This document shows positions 1-54,383 of a DNA stretch of 64,000 nucleotides, in pieces. The position numbers and the translations under genes were made by a program. How positions within the stretch are numbered: the first letter of the stretch is position 1; every line of letters starts with the position of its first letter. This DNA is from Nageia nagi. Taxonomy: Eukaryota; Plantae; Pinophyta. The stretch lies in the NCBI GenBank assembly GCA_050084985.1, contig JBITNC010000001.1:38130001-38194000 (forward strand). Direction: 5' to 3'. The notes under the pieces are model-generated. The model saw only the letters and a list, made by a program, of their open reading frames with translations, did not search any database and had not been told where the DNA came from.

Positions 1-698
1 GAAATCTATTGAAGGGAATGCATTTGAGAATGCAACGAAGTATAGATAACTCGTTGGAAGTCTTATATATTTAACCACAACTAGGCCAAACATTTCATGT
101 GCGGTTGGACTTCTCTCTCGGTTTATGCAAAATCCGTGTGGACATTAGAATGCAACAAAAATAGTTCTTCGATATTTGAAAGGCACACATGAATTAAGGC
201 TCACGTATTCCAAAGTAGGAGACTTCAAATTGATTGGATATACAGATTCAGATTTTGATGGTGACAGAAAATGGAGTTTCGATTTCAAGATATGCTATGA
301 GTCTTGGATCGACATCTATCTCTTGGAGATCATGAAAGCAACTTGTTTCGACAGATTCCACTACAGAGGAAGAGTACGTGGTTGCTACAGAGGCAACAAA
401 GGAGATTGTGGCTCAAAAAGATATTGGAAGATTTGTAGGAAAAACAAGTGAATCCATCTCCACTTCTGATTGATAATATTTTTGCAATTCAATTGGCCAA
501 GAATCCAAAGTTTCATGATCGAACAAAGCACATCAACACAAAGTATCATTTGATTCAACATGTAGAGGTCAAGACAACTCAATTGAAACGTTGTCCCACA
601 TATGAGCAAGCAATGAACATCTTCACCGAGACACTTCAAAGATAAAAGTTCGAGAAGATGCTTGGACTTACCAACTCCTTTGCGGATTATGAGGGGAA
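1..698 (+). mobile_element. Degenerate Ty1/copia RT-RNase H 3' end with polypurine tract
   Basis: Broken frames give YR.LVGSLIYLTTTRP, LIGYTDSDFDG, IDNIFAIQLAKNPKFHDRTKHIN. Purine tract GAGGGGAA (691-698) is followed by TG at 699, the probable 3' LTR start; the LTR end was not resolved. Confidence 0.9.
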
Positions 699-1005
699 TG
701 TTAGACACCTAATCCTTAAGGATTATGGTATAGATAGTATAGTATTACTAACTATATTTAGTAAATTCGTAGTTTCGTGTGTGTTAGAATTTAAAGTGTA
801 ATTTTTTAGAGAATATGAAAAGTTACATTATATCTCAAGGTTCTCCCAAAAAAATGAATGTGAAGAGTTAACTTTCTTACGTATTAAAACAATATTTTAA
901 CCTAATACAATGCTTTTTGATCTTGTAGTTATCCGACATGACTATTTTGACACAAAAAAACTCCGTAGATATGAAATCTAATTCCAAAGATAATTCCCTA
1001 TAAAG

Positions 1006-1330
1006 AATAGTTTCCAATAAAAATAGAAGAGTCTTTCATTTAAGTATTAACTTACTCTTTTATCCTCCAACTTACTTAAGAAAATTCAATAGTTTCCAAC
1101 CAAAAAAAAATAAAAAAATGGATCTATGATTTAAGTTTTAAACTACTTTTTTATCCTCCAACTTACTTAAGAAATTCAATAGTTTCCGACTTAAAAAAAC
1201 AAAAGAATCATCTTTCATTTAAATCTTAACTACTCTTTTATCCTCCAACTTACGAAAATTCAATAATTTTCAACTAAAAAATGAAAATGATATTTCATTT
1301 AAATTTTAACCTGCTCTTCAATCTCTAAAT
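1006..1330. repeat. Tandem repeat, about 4 copies of an 82-90 bp unit
   Basis: AATAGTTTCC...TTTATCCTCCAACTTAC..GAAAATTC recurs at 1006, 1088, 1178 and 1262 (last copy degenerate). Confidence 0.85.
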
Positions 1331-2222
1331 TAATTTATATATTTTTTTCTTTATTATTCTATGATAAAAAGCAAATGAGAAAAATAAAGAACTGATGCCT
1401 AGAAGCTCTCCTTTAGGTTGAGATAACACACCATCATGCAAACGAGCTCCGTACAAAGAGCCCAACATACCTTCGTTAATTTACGGAGGTGTAGTTGTCG
1501 CTCTAGTACGGTTACGTATGCAAACTTTCCCATAACGAGTTTGCAAACTATGAGTAAGAGCAAGAAGGCAACGTTACAAAGATCGAAAGGCTCTATCGTT
1601 TTGCCATGTCGTTTATTCTGATCTAAGTTACCAGCGCGGTACAGAATAAAGAAATAATGTCATGAGGATGGCTCATGTTACTTCTTTTACATGTGTCGGA
1701 ATATGTGTTTCCACAGTAGCTGCAAAAAAAATGATATTTGATAAGTGTTATGTACATTTATATTTTCCGTTCATTTATTAGTACCCAGTTGTGAAATTAT
1801 ATGCCCACGGAATGTTGTGGTTGAAATCAGCGAGAGTTTTGGATATGCTGGGCATGGCAGAGAGAGCTTCAATTTTTATTCGTCTGACAAAGGAGTGAAG
1901 TTCCTAACCTAGTAAGTCTAAACCCTTGAAAAATATTTACTTTTCTGATTTTTAACCCACAAAAACACCTTGGTTGTTAAGTTCATTTGCTTTCCCTTGG
2001 AATACTTCGAGTTTCAATGCTGTTCCCTTTCAGTTCTTCAGTTGGGTATTCGATATAGGAGGTACAGTTGTTGGTGTTGAGTAATGCAGATTAAAAGAAG
2101 AGATGTACGGTGCGTTTCGATGTTGAAAGGAATTCGCGGGTCATTCTGGTTTGAGAGGATTTAGTGTGGGTAATTGTGATATTTTTGTATAGAGGGTGCT
2201 TTTGCTCTGGTCAGATTTTAGG

Positions 2223-41776
<39,554 letters not shown>

Positions 41777-43614
41777 TGAAATCTTTTCAGATATTTCATC
41801 TGACTCTTGCTCTGCAGCATATTGTTCCAGTATGAAGTTTTGATATAAAATTTTTCAAGTATCAGTTATTCTGTTTCCGCTTTCATGTTTATGATGCAAG
41901 GGGCGAAATTGTCAAATCCTGGACTTCAATGAGTATATATCCAAACAGATTTCTAACAGGAGAAAATTTGAAAGGATTCTATGCAGTGACTCGGTCTTGC
42001 AAGTGCAATTTCAGAAAACAAGGTAAAGATTGATTTAGGTAATTGTAATGATAATTTTCAATTGTGTGTTTCTTTCCATTGAAGCAATTCATTTATCCTG
42101 TATACTATTGACCACCATCTGCAGACTAAACATCAAAATAGAGAAAACTGCTCATTGTTGATCCCATGGAGAATTCTCTAGGTATGGGATTCTCAATATC
42201 TTCTATTTGAATCTTTTTTGGCTTATCCTTAAATTTGTGTCTGGATTGTAATTATGTGGAAAAAGGAGTCAATGAGATGGCCTTGATTGGGTAGATTCGA
42301 GCTGTTTCATAGACATGTCTGCTCAAATGACAGAAATTTTACACTGCTGAAATTTACTTTTGTGCAAATGCCATCTACACAGTTTTTGGAACATAGCGTA
42401 GCTGGAACTTAGAAGTAGAGATCCAAATGAACAAAAATTATATTGCAGTTGGTTGACGAGTTTGTGAGTAGTCCAAGATTAAGATCATTTTAAGGATTGA
42501 CCTGTCCGTGATAAACCAATATTAAAGATGGTGTCTGTTAATAACTGGATATCAAGGCTGTTGTTGATTATAAATATGCCAAATTGAACAGTGACTTATA
42601 TTAGGCAATCCAGATTTGTAATTTTGAAGTTAAAATTAATTTTATATCAAAAGTCAACTATGTAAAATGTGAAAACTAATACTTTTGTTTGGTTACCAAG
42701 TTAAAATTGATTATCATAAATTTTAAATTGATTTCATTGGCAAGACAACATTATCTTATGTCTTGTACGTGCAGCCTAGCAACAATTCCTTGATGTTATC
42801 CCTTGGCATGAACAACTGAAAAATGTTTACAGAAGTCCACACTTGTCGATTTGAATGCATTATTTAGTTACTATTACTACAAGCATAAAAAATGAGACGT
42901 ACAACTTTGAATCCTGTGTTCTGCTTACATGGTAGTCAGCACTAGGAATATTGCCTGCCTTTGTTCCTTGATATGGACCTTAGTAGATAGTGATAAAAAA
43001 TTTATCAATTTGGTTTCTGCTTCATGAATGTATGCTTTTAGTATTCACCTATTTTATTTTTCAAGATGAACAAGGTGGATATATTTTTCAATATTTGAAA
43101 CAGCTTTTCATTTACTATGTTGGCAAAACGTTTTTATGTATTTCCATGTTTCTGCAATGAGTACTGGTATTCAATGAATTGTATCCTGTTTGCAGTCTGT
43201 AGATGTTAATCAGACCAACAAAATCTTGGCGATCCTTGAATTACAAAATCATTGTTTGACTACCATTCTTAAGCACTTTCTTTTTTTCAAGTTTTATTTT
43301 ATTTATTTGTTATTTTAGGTGGAGTGTCTTTTCTTTCAGGAATATTTCGATATTCATGCCTTATTCTATTATCACAACCAGATGATCATTGCAAACATAT
43401 ACAATTGAACAATCTTTGTGGTTTATTTACAGAAATGAAAATGCCCATGCACAGACAGAGGAGTTTAAATGTACTTATGAGCAACCAAAAATGGTGCTTC
43501 TTCACTTTAACAAGTTTATTATATGCTTATACACAGCTTGCAAACAAAAATATGATGGTATATCTATTTCGTAAGTTTATTACATGATTTTGTTTTTCTT
43601 GTATATATACTAAG

Positions 43615-43901
43615 TTTGGTGATTTCAAAGGAAACGAACCATTAACAGTAAGCGTCCTTTATATTTGCATTTGAAGTGTTGATACTTAGTTGTAAGTATA
43701 TCATTACCCAAAGCAAGGTAACATGTACAAATACAGATCTGTAAAGTTGGCTTTTGTTTGGTGACTTAAAGGGAAACAAACCATAAACATTCAAGTGTCC
43801 TTTATATTTGCATTACGAGTGTTGATACTTAGTTGAGTATATCATTACCCAAAGCAAGATAACTTGTACAAGTACAAATCTTGTAGAGTTGGGTTTTGTT
43901 T
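43615..43901. repeat. Diverged tandem duplication, 2 copies of about 143 bp
   Basis: GTCCTTTATATTTGCATT..GTGTTGATACTTAGTTG..TATATCATTACCCAAAGCAAG occurs twice. Confidence 0.85.
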
Positions 43902-45179
43902 CGTCAACTCAACCCTCCAAATCATATCCTCGTCGAATTATATCAATCTAAGACTATTGATGAACTATTATGACTTTGACTTGGATCATATCTTAAAAAT
44001 CTTCCGTGACTTTGATTCAGTGGGAATATTGGAAATATCAATTCATGCTATCACTGATGTTAACACAAAAATACCAACCAATTTATGCAATACCTTTGAT
44101 CAAACCAGATACAAATTTTGTACTGAACCATCTATATTGTCCTTGCTTATCGAATGAAGTACCTCGCACAGTCCCAACCAAGGTCAAAATCCAACTCTAA
44201 ATGTTCCCATTGTTAAATGAGAGAACAGTGTCCACACTATACGGTCAAAAGGGTATGTTTAACACGAATGGAGTTAATAATACAATTGCAAATACTGGAC
44301 GAGTTATTTCAAAATGTTATTCATAGCCTAGTTCTCAAAGGCATATCAATGTTGCAAAGTTTCACAAACTTTGTGCTAATTCTGGTTCCTTTTAAGGGGT
44401 TTGAAATGATATTGCTAGTAAATAAAAGGTCTAATAATATTTTAGAATGAATATTTTTATTGTAATAAGAAATATATTAATCTTTCAAAAATTTTACTGA
44501 AGCGATTTCAAGAAAGCAACTCTCCTTTGACCACTTCAGTGTTGATATCCAAATATTTGTTACGGATGGGACATAAAAATATATGCTACTTGATCATCAA
44601 TAAGAACATGACTTTTACTTTGTATATTGCATTCTAATGAAGGGACACATCATTATATGCTACCTGATAGATACTTTTAATGTTTTTTTAAACCCATTGG
44701 TTTGTAGGATATATCAAAATTTGTCGAGAAATAAGTATATATCAAGTATTTGAATGATTATTTTCCATATAAAGAGAAACATTGAACAATGCAAATGCAT
44801 ATATATTCCAAGAAAAATAAGAATACTCACGACAATTGATCATAATCACTTGGATCCACCTAATAAAAATAAATCATCAAAATAAAATTCTAGATCAAGA
44901 TCAAGAATAATGTGATGATATTTGTTAAAACCTTCAAATAGTAATTTTCATTTCTCGTTAGGGGATTTGGGAGACAACTGAGGTGTGATGATACTAACAT
45001 TGAACATGAGTTCTACTCCCACCTCCTACATTGGTGGTATTTAAAAACTCTTGATAGATCCTACAAACTAATTGGTTTAAAGGATGTTAAATGTTGACTT
45101 TATTTTTATTAGTGTTCCACAAAACATTATAAAAAAATTAAATTTAATAAACATAAATAAAGTTGCCAAGGAGCATCTT

Positions 45180-45330
45180 TTGTCGACCTAGCAACAATGA
45201 ATCTTGTACTAGGAATTCGTTGTCGGGTAGCAACAACAAATCTCACACTAGGAATTCATTTTCATCTTAATTGCAATGAACCTTGCAATGGGAATTTGCT
45301 TTGATCCTAAATGTAACGAATTCGTTGCCT
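45180..45330. repeat. Short degenerate tandem repeat (about 39 bp, 3-4 copies)
   Basis: GCAACAAYRAATCT..ACTAGGAATTC recurs. Confidence 0.55.
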
Positions 45331-48300
45331 CAAACTCTTACGCCTTTCCCTCCCCCCTTTTATGTAGCTGTTTTTACAAGATAACTTTTTCTGTCTTTTT
45401 GTGAGGGTTTATCTCAAAATATGATGAGAGAAATATAGAAACATATTATATTTGATAATAAATAAGAATGAATACTTTCCTCCATATATATTAGATATTA
45501 CGGAAAGAATACATTGTTACAAAAAGTTATAATTCTATGATTAATACCTAACTACAACTAATTATATGGTGGTATTATTAGGATGTCATAAAATAATTAA
45601 TTATAAGATGGTTATATTAGGTTCATAATATATGAGGTTGATGGGATGATTGCAAACCCAAATGAGTAATACACATTGCAAAAAAGGTGGCATGTTGCAC
45701 CTTAGACTCATATGGCTATAGTTAAGTTACGAAGGTTGATTCAAATTAATAATGATACTAATGAGAAATCCCTTTCTTGAGGTAGTAAGTATGGCCATGA
45801 TAGCAACTTGTCACGCCCTCATTTTTGTAACCTATTACATAATAACATTTGACAATTTGATCATGGCCAACCTTAATGTTGATCGATTAGGAAATGTGGC
45901 AACTACCCATCGATAGGTTCCTTTCCCACAAAAGAAACATATAAGAAATATTGAAAATAATATTTGAGATTTTGACACAATTTTGAAAAAGTAAAGGAGT
46001 GATATTTATTAATAATGACCCCTAGATTTTCAGGAAATTTGGCAACTAATAACTAAATATAATATTAAGGTTTAGGCTAAATCTCTATCATATTCCTATT
46101 ATTGGTTTGATATTTTCTTTTTCTCATCAACACTCTTTCGTGTGTGCTTTACCATTGTGTATGTCTTCGAACACTAGTAAGGAGGTGTGGCGATTCGTAC
46201 TTAATGTGGCAATTTGTCAAGATAGTCATGACTTGCTCTAATCATTTATCACTTTTTGTGACTTTAGTAGATTATTATCTTGATTTGATCTTCAATACCG
46301 TTTTAAACACATTTCTTCATTACCAAACTGTAAGTTGGTTGCTAGTTCACCAAGATTGTTGCTAGCTCGCCAAGATGGTTCTTGATTTCTATTAAATCAT
46401 CAAAATTCCATCTTGAATGTTTTTTTTTTTCTGTCAAAGTTCTCTCTTGCTAACTTCCCCAATTTAATACGAAGGCTTATCCTCAAGCCTTTCCTTTTAA
46501 TGCATAAATATGATTTGGTCACCATGTTTTATTCTTAGAGTAAGTACTCTATTATAAGGCAAAAAGGGTACATCTTTGTGAAGCATTTAGTGAAATCATA
46601 GATGCATCTGTCTTTTAGTAGTCATTTTGCAAGCCATTGAACTCACTTTAGTTGTATTGTGTTTGTGATGGCCATATAGCCATATGGGTCTTTACATCGT
46701 GTATTAGATGTGCAATCTAGTATTATGCAAGGAAGAGTGGGGCCAATAAAGATGGCATATTAATTAATTTGAGTTTTAATTCTTCTTCCATGAACATTTG
46801 GTGAACATTTATCTTAATGGTAGGAGTGTCTTCATGAATGTTAATCTCCCAAGCGTAGGATGCCTTTGCTTAGAGTATCTTTTTGGAATTGTACTTTATA
46901 CTTTCACTGGGAGGCTAAGGAAGTTCTTGTTTTCTAGAGATGAGAAAGAGGATTAGAACTTTCATGTAGCAATCTCTTGGATAGTGATTGCAAGGAGGTA
47001 ATGTTTTCTTCATCATTTTGTTGGGGTTGTCATCCTTATGATTTCAATTTTGGGTTGTTCTTTGTCAAGTCTTGATAAGTTTCATTCCATTCTTATCAAA
47101 TATATGCTTTTTTGATGGTTGAAGGAAGTGTGACGGTCTAGCCCAATGTGGTGATTCATAATTCTATGTGGCAATTCCTCTTAACAACTAATTAGTTTTC
47201 TTTTTGTATTATATTGGCTCTTTATTTTGTTCCAAGTCACGATGGTGGATTTATCTGGTAGGTACTTCATTGGTTTGTGCATTTCACTTTGTTCTAAATA
47301 TATCCTAAATTTGTGCATTTTTCTTTGTTAAAACACCAAGTTTTATCATTATGCATCTTATAATTTCTTTGGTGTATGACTTTGAATTACGTCTATTCAT
47401 TTACTTAGTGCATTTTCAACATTTTCAATATTTGCTTTTAATTACTTTTAATCATTAGTTTTGGTGATTTGTCTTTTATTTACAATTTTGACCTCTTCAT
47501 CATTTTCCATTTTGTAAGTTTGCCACAATTTTTATATTTTCTTCTCTCAACATCTTAACTTGAAGTATCATGTAATATCTCATTCATTCATACAAAATAG
47601 ATGAGTTCTTAAAATTGGATAGCCATTGTATTGAATTTCTCAAAATTGTGCATCCTCATTTTTTTCATGAAGACTTCTTCCTCGATTGGAACCAAGGAAG
47701 GAAATAATTCTCTTTCCTAATGAGTCATCTATGGACTACTTCCCTTTATCTAGCAGATGATTTGCTAAGAACTTGCTTTGTTATGTGTAGGGAAGCTGGT
47801 GGCAAATTTAGAATAGTGGAACCATTCGAGGAACATCTTTTAGGAATGGATAATTGGTGAATAAGACTTCCTTTTTCTCAAGCCAATTGATGATTTGAGT
47901 TTGGATCTTTTTTGCGATGAACTCCAATGTAATACAACTTTGGGCAACCTCAAATGGATCATTTGGAGAGGAAAATTGTTGAATCTTTTATTCAGTGTCA
48001 ACTATTTCCTTAGAAAGTTCTTGCTTCAATTTTTGAATGAGGTTCAAAACCAAAATATCCATTTTCTGAATATGAGCATTCTTGGCTAACATTTTTAGCC
48101 ATTTATCATTTGTTTCTTGAAGTTTATCTATCAATGGCTCTCTTATTGCATGATGTCAATATTTTTTTCAATTTCCATAGTGAGTTGAGAGTTATAATTG
48201 ATGTGAACAAGCTCCTCAATGTCTACTCCAACCAAATTGTACACCATTATATCTTTATGGGAAATAATGGTTAAGTGGTAGACTTAACCTTGAAGATCTT

Positions 48301-51300
48301 CTAACATCACTTGGTGGAGTTTGTGGTTCTTGATGTTGAAAATTATTTTGCACTTGATATATTCTTCTCATTTATTTTGTCAAGTACAACATACTTGGAA
48401 TCATCCTTGTTTACCTGCAACCTGTCCTTAACAAACCTTTTTCATTGAACTCCGCATCCCTACTGCTAATGATTTTACAGTTATCACAATCCCTTAACCT
48501 ATAGCCTAAACTATCTACTCCATATCTAATTAAATAGTACTTTTGGGATTTAGCATCAAGATTTTCCTATTTTCCTTATAAACAATATGCACAAAATCTT
48601 CACACTAAAAAATCTAAGAAAGGGGTAATTCATAGTTTTACCTGGCCAAGCCTCTTCAAGAATCCCACCATTCAAAGCACTAGATGGTCCCTTGTTAATC
48701 AAATAAACAATACTATCAATTGTATTTCTTCTCAAAACAAATCTTAGTAATAATTCTTTGCTTTATTTTGTGGGATACCATAGTTTTATGAAAAATCTTT
48801 AAGTGTATTTGTTATATTCCATAGCTATGTTAAGGCTTTCCTTTTTCATTGCTCTCTGTGGTTTCTATTTCTAACTTTACTTTTCTATTACTTTTCTTTT
48901 TCTTATGTCTAGCATTAGCATGGTGATTTCTGCTATGCTCTTGGTGAACAAGAGTTTCACATTCCTATCGTAGGCCACTAGTTTTTTCTAAATTCTAGTG
49001 CAAACATCTTGCCTTCACCAAGAATGTTATTCTAAGAGTAAGAGTTATATACTTTCTTCCTAATATGGGAAAGAGATTGACATGCCATTATAGGATATAC
49101 AATCATGCAATTTTTTGTAAAGCTAGTATATTAAACTTCACATTGTTATATCAAACAACTCCTTTGATTTCAAAGTGGCCTAATTATACAAGCATGAAAA
49201 AGGCGGTTTGTCGTTTTATGATAGGTTTATCACAACAATCACATGAACACAAAGATTAGCATAATAAGATTCAAATATGCTCTACTATTATGCTTAGATG
49301 ATTAACAAAAACATGTATGATCGAGAATTAAACAATTATGTTCAATTGATATGAATATGATCTATAGTTTCAATTATGCTCAAATGATTCAAATATGTTC
49401 TACAATACTGTTACAACATGTCATAATTTATTTGTAAAAATATTCTACTAAAGGCCAAAAAATGAATGAGCCCATAACATATTCCATTATTTTCATCTCA
49501 TTATTCTATTTATACAACACAACATCCAATTGGTAATCACATGTATTTTCTATGTTTCGCTAAGTATTACAAGCATGCTTTTGCCAACTTGCCACTTTTA
49601 GACTAGTTTTTAAAACTTAAGAAATTTTTATGGGTTGAACAATTTCTTTCCTTCTCCAAGTCAATATTTGGATCATATGGTTTAAATCATTTCATATTAT
49701 ATGGTCTATTTAGATATCTCATGGGAGGTCTAAATTTATTAGAGATTTCAAATAATATATTTATCATTTCATAAGATTTCATGTCGTATGTTATTGCATT
49801 TATATCTTTTCATATCATATGGTCCATTTGGATCATTTCATATATATGGATTGGGCCAATATAGAGGTGTGGTTAAGTGTTCCTTTGGGTGCCATCAATA
49901 TTGGACTAGGATGGGTAAGGTAAAAGACTGAACAATGATAGGTCAGTTCCATTGAAATATCATTTGAGAGATCATGGCCAAAACTATGATTGAGCTTGAG
50001 TGCCCCTGGGTAACTGAGGACAATGTAGTCTAGAAGCACTTCATCATTTTTCTATAAGAAAACATGATGGAATGTGCTTTCAAACTACACCTATTTTTTT
50101 TTTCAAATTAATTATAAAGAGGCAGTTTTAAACTACCCCATTAAAATATATATAGGCATGGTTATAAACTATCTTTTAATACTACTATGGTGGTTTCTTT
50201 AGAACCTTAAGTAGTGCTTTATGATACCATAAGTCAACACATATTAATTGCCTCCATAAATAATAGAATTTTAGCAATGTGATATTAGATGGTAGCTAGT
50301 TAACCAATGGTAAAGGGCTTTGGCATGGTTTTAGAACCACCTATGAAGGATATTTCTAGTCTAGTGGGGATTTAGTAGTAATGGTTTCATACAAACCAAA
50401 TCCTGAATCCTTATTTAATTTATATATACCTCAAACTTAAGAATATGATTAATTTTGAGGAAATATTGAATTGCTAAATTTGGAATCCTCACTTGGTCTT
50501 TAATAATTGAGATAATTTGATTGGCCCATAGATTGAAATTATAAATATCAAATGATAACTAATTGTATTAAGAAACCAATAGTATTGAAACTATAAACAC
50601 CCCAAAATTACATATTTTGAGTAATTATACACATTTGAGCATAAATCATAATAATGGTCAAATTTGGTCAAGATAATTAAAACAGGTTAACATTACAATT
50701 GATCGATCGATTGGCTAATCGGTATTTCAATCTTGTAGGATTGTATAAATGAATTATTTTCACACTAGCTTAAATGGAAAAAAAATTAAAAAATCAATAT
50801 CTCAATTTGTAATGTCCCCATTTTTTAGGTGTTTTTCCCATTTCACGTTGATAAATGGGAACATTAATTTACAAGTGATTTTGTCTATTTTAGTAGAATT
50901 TGGCCAAAATATTGTAAATTCCACTTAGAGACTCAATAAAGCTCTAATTATAGAATAAATGGTCCTTTAATTAAATTAATTAATGTTTAGTCAATTACTA
51001 AAATGCTAATAATGTTGTATTTGTAATACTAAAGAAATTATAAATGTAAATGCAATATTAGTCTCATTAAATGAGTCATTGCATATTTTAGTCTTGATGA
51101 TTGTAATATTGGCATTAAATATATCTCTAGTCATTAGTCCACCCCTCTTCGAGGTAGAGCATCCCTCTAGGTGATTGCATTGACTATGAGATCATTTGGA
51201 GATCCAAAGATGGATGTGGTATTTCAAACTAGGGGTTGGTAATCTTGAGGCAAGTGGAAAGCCCTTGAGGATGGACGATGGGCATGTGAGTATCCCAAGA

Positions 51301-53980
51301 CCACACATTAGCCCTCTTAGGAACTTGGACCTTTAGCACTAATCACGAGGCACCCCAACATCACCCCCTCTTGGACATTGGCATTCTTGGACCTTAGATG
51401 TGATTTCATCCAACCCAAGGCTCCCCATTTTATATGTTGCATACATGAGCACACAAATCACATCTCTCCACCATCGAATCATCTCAAATCAAGATTAGAA
51501 GATGATCACCATCACCTATAAAAGGAGGACTCATAGTCATTATGAGATATGTTGAATTTAGTTATTAAACCCTTTTATTCGGATTGAGTGGAGACTCTAT
51601 CTTTGCCACTTGTAGGGTGAACTGCATTTGAGGTATCAAGGGGATAGGAGGGTACCTTTGAACTTACTCTAGCCATCTTGAGAGGAACGTTGCTAGTTCA
51701 TCATAGTTGTTGCAGAGGATACCTGGTCTTGCCTCATTGCTTCTGGGATTGTTGTGGCCTTGGATCCATTTGAAATAACCCTATTGGAGATAGTCTTGGT
51801 ACAAACTTCTTAGGTTGAAAAAAATATTATAATTGCGCTTCTACCATTGCTTTATCAATACAATTACATTCTATTATTAAAATATTGCTATTTATCTCTC
51901 TATGCTTGGATTTTGAGTTTTGGAGTAGTTTTTCATTGCTTAAAATATCCATTTCACTCCCTAAGTGTGATGTCAATTATAGAACTATATTTTCATTATT
52001 AAATTCTATTTCTACTTCCTTGTTGTAATGTTGAGTTATTAGAGGCATTTTTGCATGTTAGAAGTTTTCAATTACTCAAATTGATTAGATGTTGGATATT
52101 TGGTGTATTTTTAAGCTTGATTGGCCAATTTTGGAGATAAAAGCTAAACATCCCTCGCTTAAGGTACGTTTGAGTGAGCCCTAGAACGAATCATCATAAT
52201 GGTATTAGATTCTTACTTTTTGCATCCTATTAGGAATCAAGGGTATCATTCATAGAGGGTTTCAAGTTCAATTTGAAGAGAGTTTGAAGATTAGGATACC
52301 CACATCACAATGGTATCACACACATGAGATTTGCTGAGAGAAGTTAGAGATCTTACCCTTGCTGCTGGCTAAGATTTGAGGAGTTGCTACTGAAGGTGAT
52401 TATTGGAAGAGTTAGAGAAACTAAAGGAGACTTATTATGATATTTTGTTGGATCATAATTCTCACAATGGTATTTGCTAAGATATCTTGTTATCATGTTG
52501 AAGAGTAGAGTTGATATAGCATCACAATGATAATTTCGAGGGAGTTTCTAGAGGATATGGATGCTTAGAGCAAGTTGTTGGGAATCTAGAAGCCTTATCT
52601 TACCGTTCTAGCACTTCATTGGGCATCTTTTGGTCCTAATTTTGAATTCTAAAGCATTGAAAAGGTTTTTCCATCTTGAAAAGCTATACTTCCGAAAACA
52701 TTGCGTTCTTTATTTCAAGTTGAAGTTTGTTCTCAATTTATTCTGAGTTCAAGGGAGGAATAAGTGTTTGATTGGAGATTTTGAGATCATTTGGAGCTAG
52801 ACATTGGCATTCTGGTCCAACCTAAAGGAAACATTGGTATTCTGGGAGCCATTCTGAGGCTCATTTAATGTTTCAAGGCCTTCATTTATTGGTATTTTGA
52901 GGGATATTTGGAGGATCAAGTTGCATTCTAGGAACACTTGAAATGAGACATTGTCATTTTATGCCTAAAGCTACATTCTGGGACCACTTGAAGCCAAAAG
53001 TTGTATTTATGGGTTATTGGAAGCTAGATGTTGCATCACTCAGGGTATTTTTGATCTTAATTATGCATTTTAATCTCTTTGAAAGATAGAAGTTGGTGTT
53101 TTGAGTGATTTTTGGAGCTTGGTTCTGCATTTTAAGTCCAACTTAAGGAGGATGTTGGCCAATTAGGAGAATTTTGAGACTTCTATTGTATTTTGGAATA
53201 ATTTTTGGGTGGACATTAGCATCTTGAAGGAATTTTGAGGTCTATTCTGCTTTTCAAGACCACTTAAGGCCAAGAATTAGCATACTGAATTCATTTCAGA
53301 GGATCTTTTTGTATTTTGAGGGTCCCCTAAGCAATACGTTAGCAATTTGAGGGCATTCTTGGAGATTAATTTGCATTTTAGAGCTATCCTGAAGTGGATG
53401 TTGACATACTGAGAAGGATTCTTGAGCTTGAGCTACATTTTGGGATCATTCTGAGGCAAACATAAAAAATTAAGGCTTGTTTTGGAGTTAGTTTGGTTTT
53501 TTAAGGATATTTTGGGTCAAACATTGGGATTCTGGAAGTTTTTTTGGACTCTTTGTTGTATTTCAAAGTCACTAGAAGGTCATACGTTGAGCTGTTAGAA
53601 GGTTTTTCAAACTTTCATTGCATTTTGAAGAACTTGAAGTGGTACGTTGACTCATTGAGGCCAATTGGAAGTTAATACTGCATCACAAGAAAAATACTTG
53701 TAAGTATTAATTCATTTTCATCATAAAAGTGTAGACAACTCAGCATCAGATCCGTTTCACTCCATGTCACCTGGCTGAGGCGTTTTCCTTCCTTTTACAT
53801 AGTTTAACGGGCTGTAATGATTAAAGGCTATGCAGTTGGTGGCTACAGCAAGAATATGCTAAAACTGTTTAATCTGATGAAGTAGTTGGTAACTGACCTG
53901 ACAACGTAACATTTATAGTGGATGTGAGTTGTAAATACTTTAATTACAAACCAACTTAAGTAGAGCATGAGAAAAAGGGA

Positions 53981-54148
53981 CTCCAGTCTAACTTCAGACG
54001 AGCTCTAGTCTAACTTCAGACGAGCTCCAAAAAAACTTCAGACGAGCTCCAGAAAGCGTCTAGCTCCAGAAAGCGTCTGGCTCCAGAAAGCATCTAGCTC
54101 CAGAAAGCGTCTAGCTCCAGAAAGCGTCTAGCACCAGAAAGCGTCTGT
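53981..54148. repeat. LTR-internal tandem array, 3 x 22 bp then 6 x 17 bp (also present in the 3' LTR)
   Basis: CTCCAGTCTAACTTCAGACGAG x3, then CTCCAGAAAGCGTCTAG x6. Confidence 0.93.
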
Positions 54149-54383
54149 AGTTTGGCTCCAGAAACTGTTTAAAGGTTTCTGAAATGTTTTGAAGCTCAAG
54201 GATTGTAATCTTGCTCCATAGTAATGCAATCTGTTAACTGATGTTTCAATATTCTGTAATGGTCCATTTTTCTTCATTTGGTATCAGAGCATTGTTGGGT
54301 CTGAGCTGGGTTTGAGAAAGCCTGTGGCTTCTAGCAATTGCAAAAGTTGCTTGTAGTGTTTTGGTTTCTTGTTTGCAGTTATA

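Noticed and set aside
2196-2222. Upstream GTG start from the ORF track, and the ORF tail to 3569
   Set aside because: Family similarity begins at ATG 2223, and the tail after 3489 is intron read-through.
42000-43600. Splice-like sites downstream of the stop (for example AAG|GTAAAG at 42022)
   Set aside because: Could be 3' UTR introns, but there is no coding signal and this cannot be supported without transcripts.
45809-49000. TGTCACGCCC LTR-like start and a decayed minus-strand coding-like region
   Set aside because: Probably an old retroelement, but no diagnostic motif or boundary could be fixed.
53981-54148. Heat-shock elements in the copia LTR array
   Set aside because: GAA/TTC spacing does not fit alternating nGAAn units.
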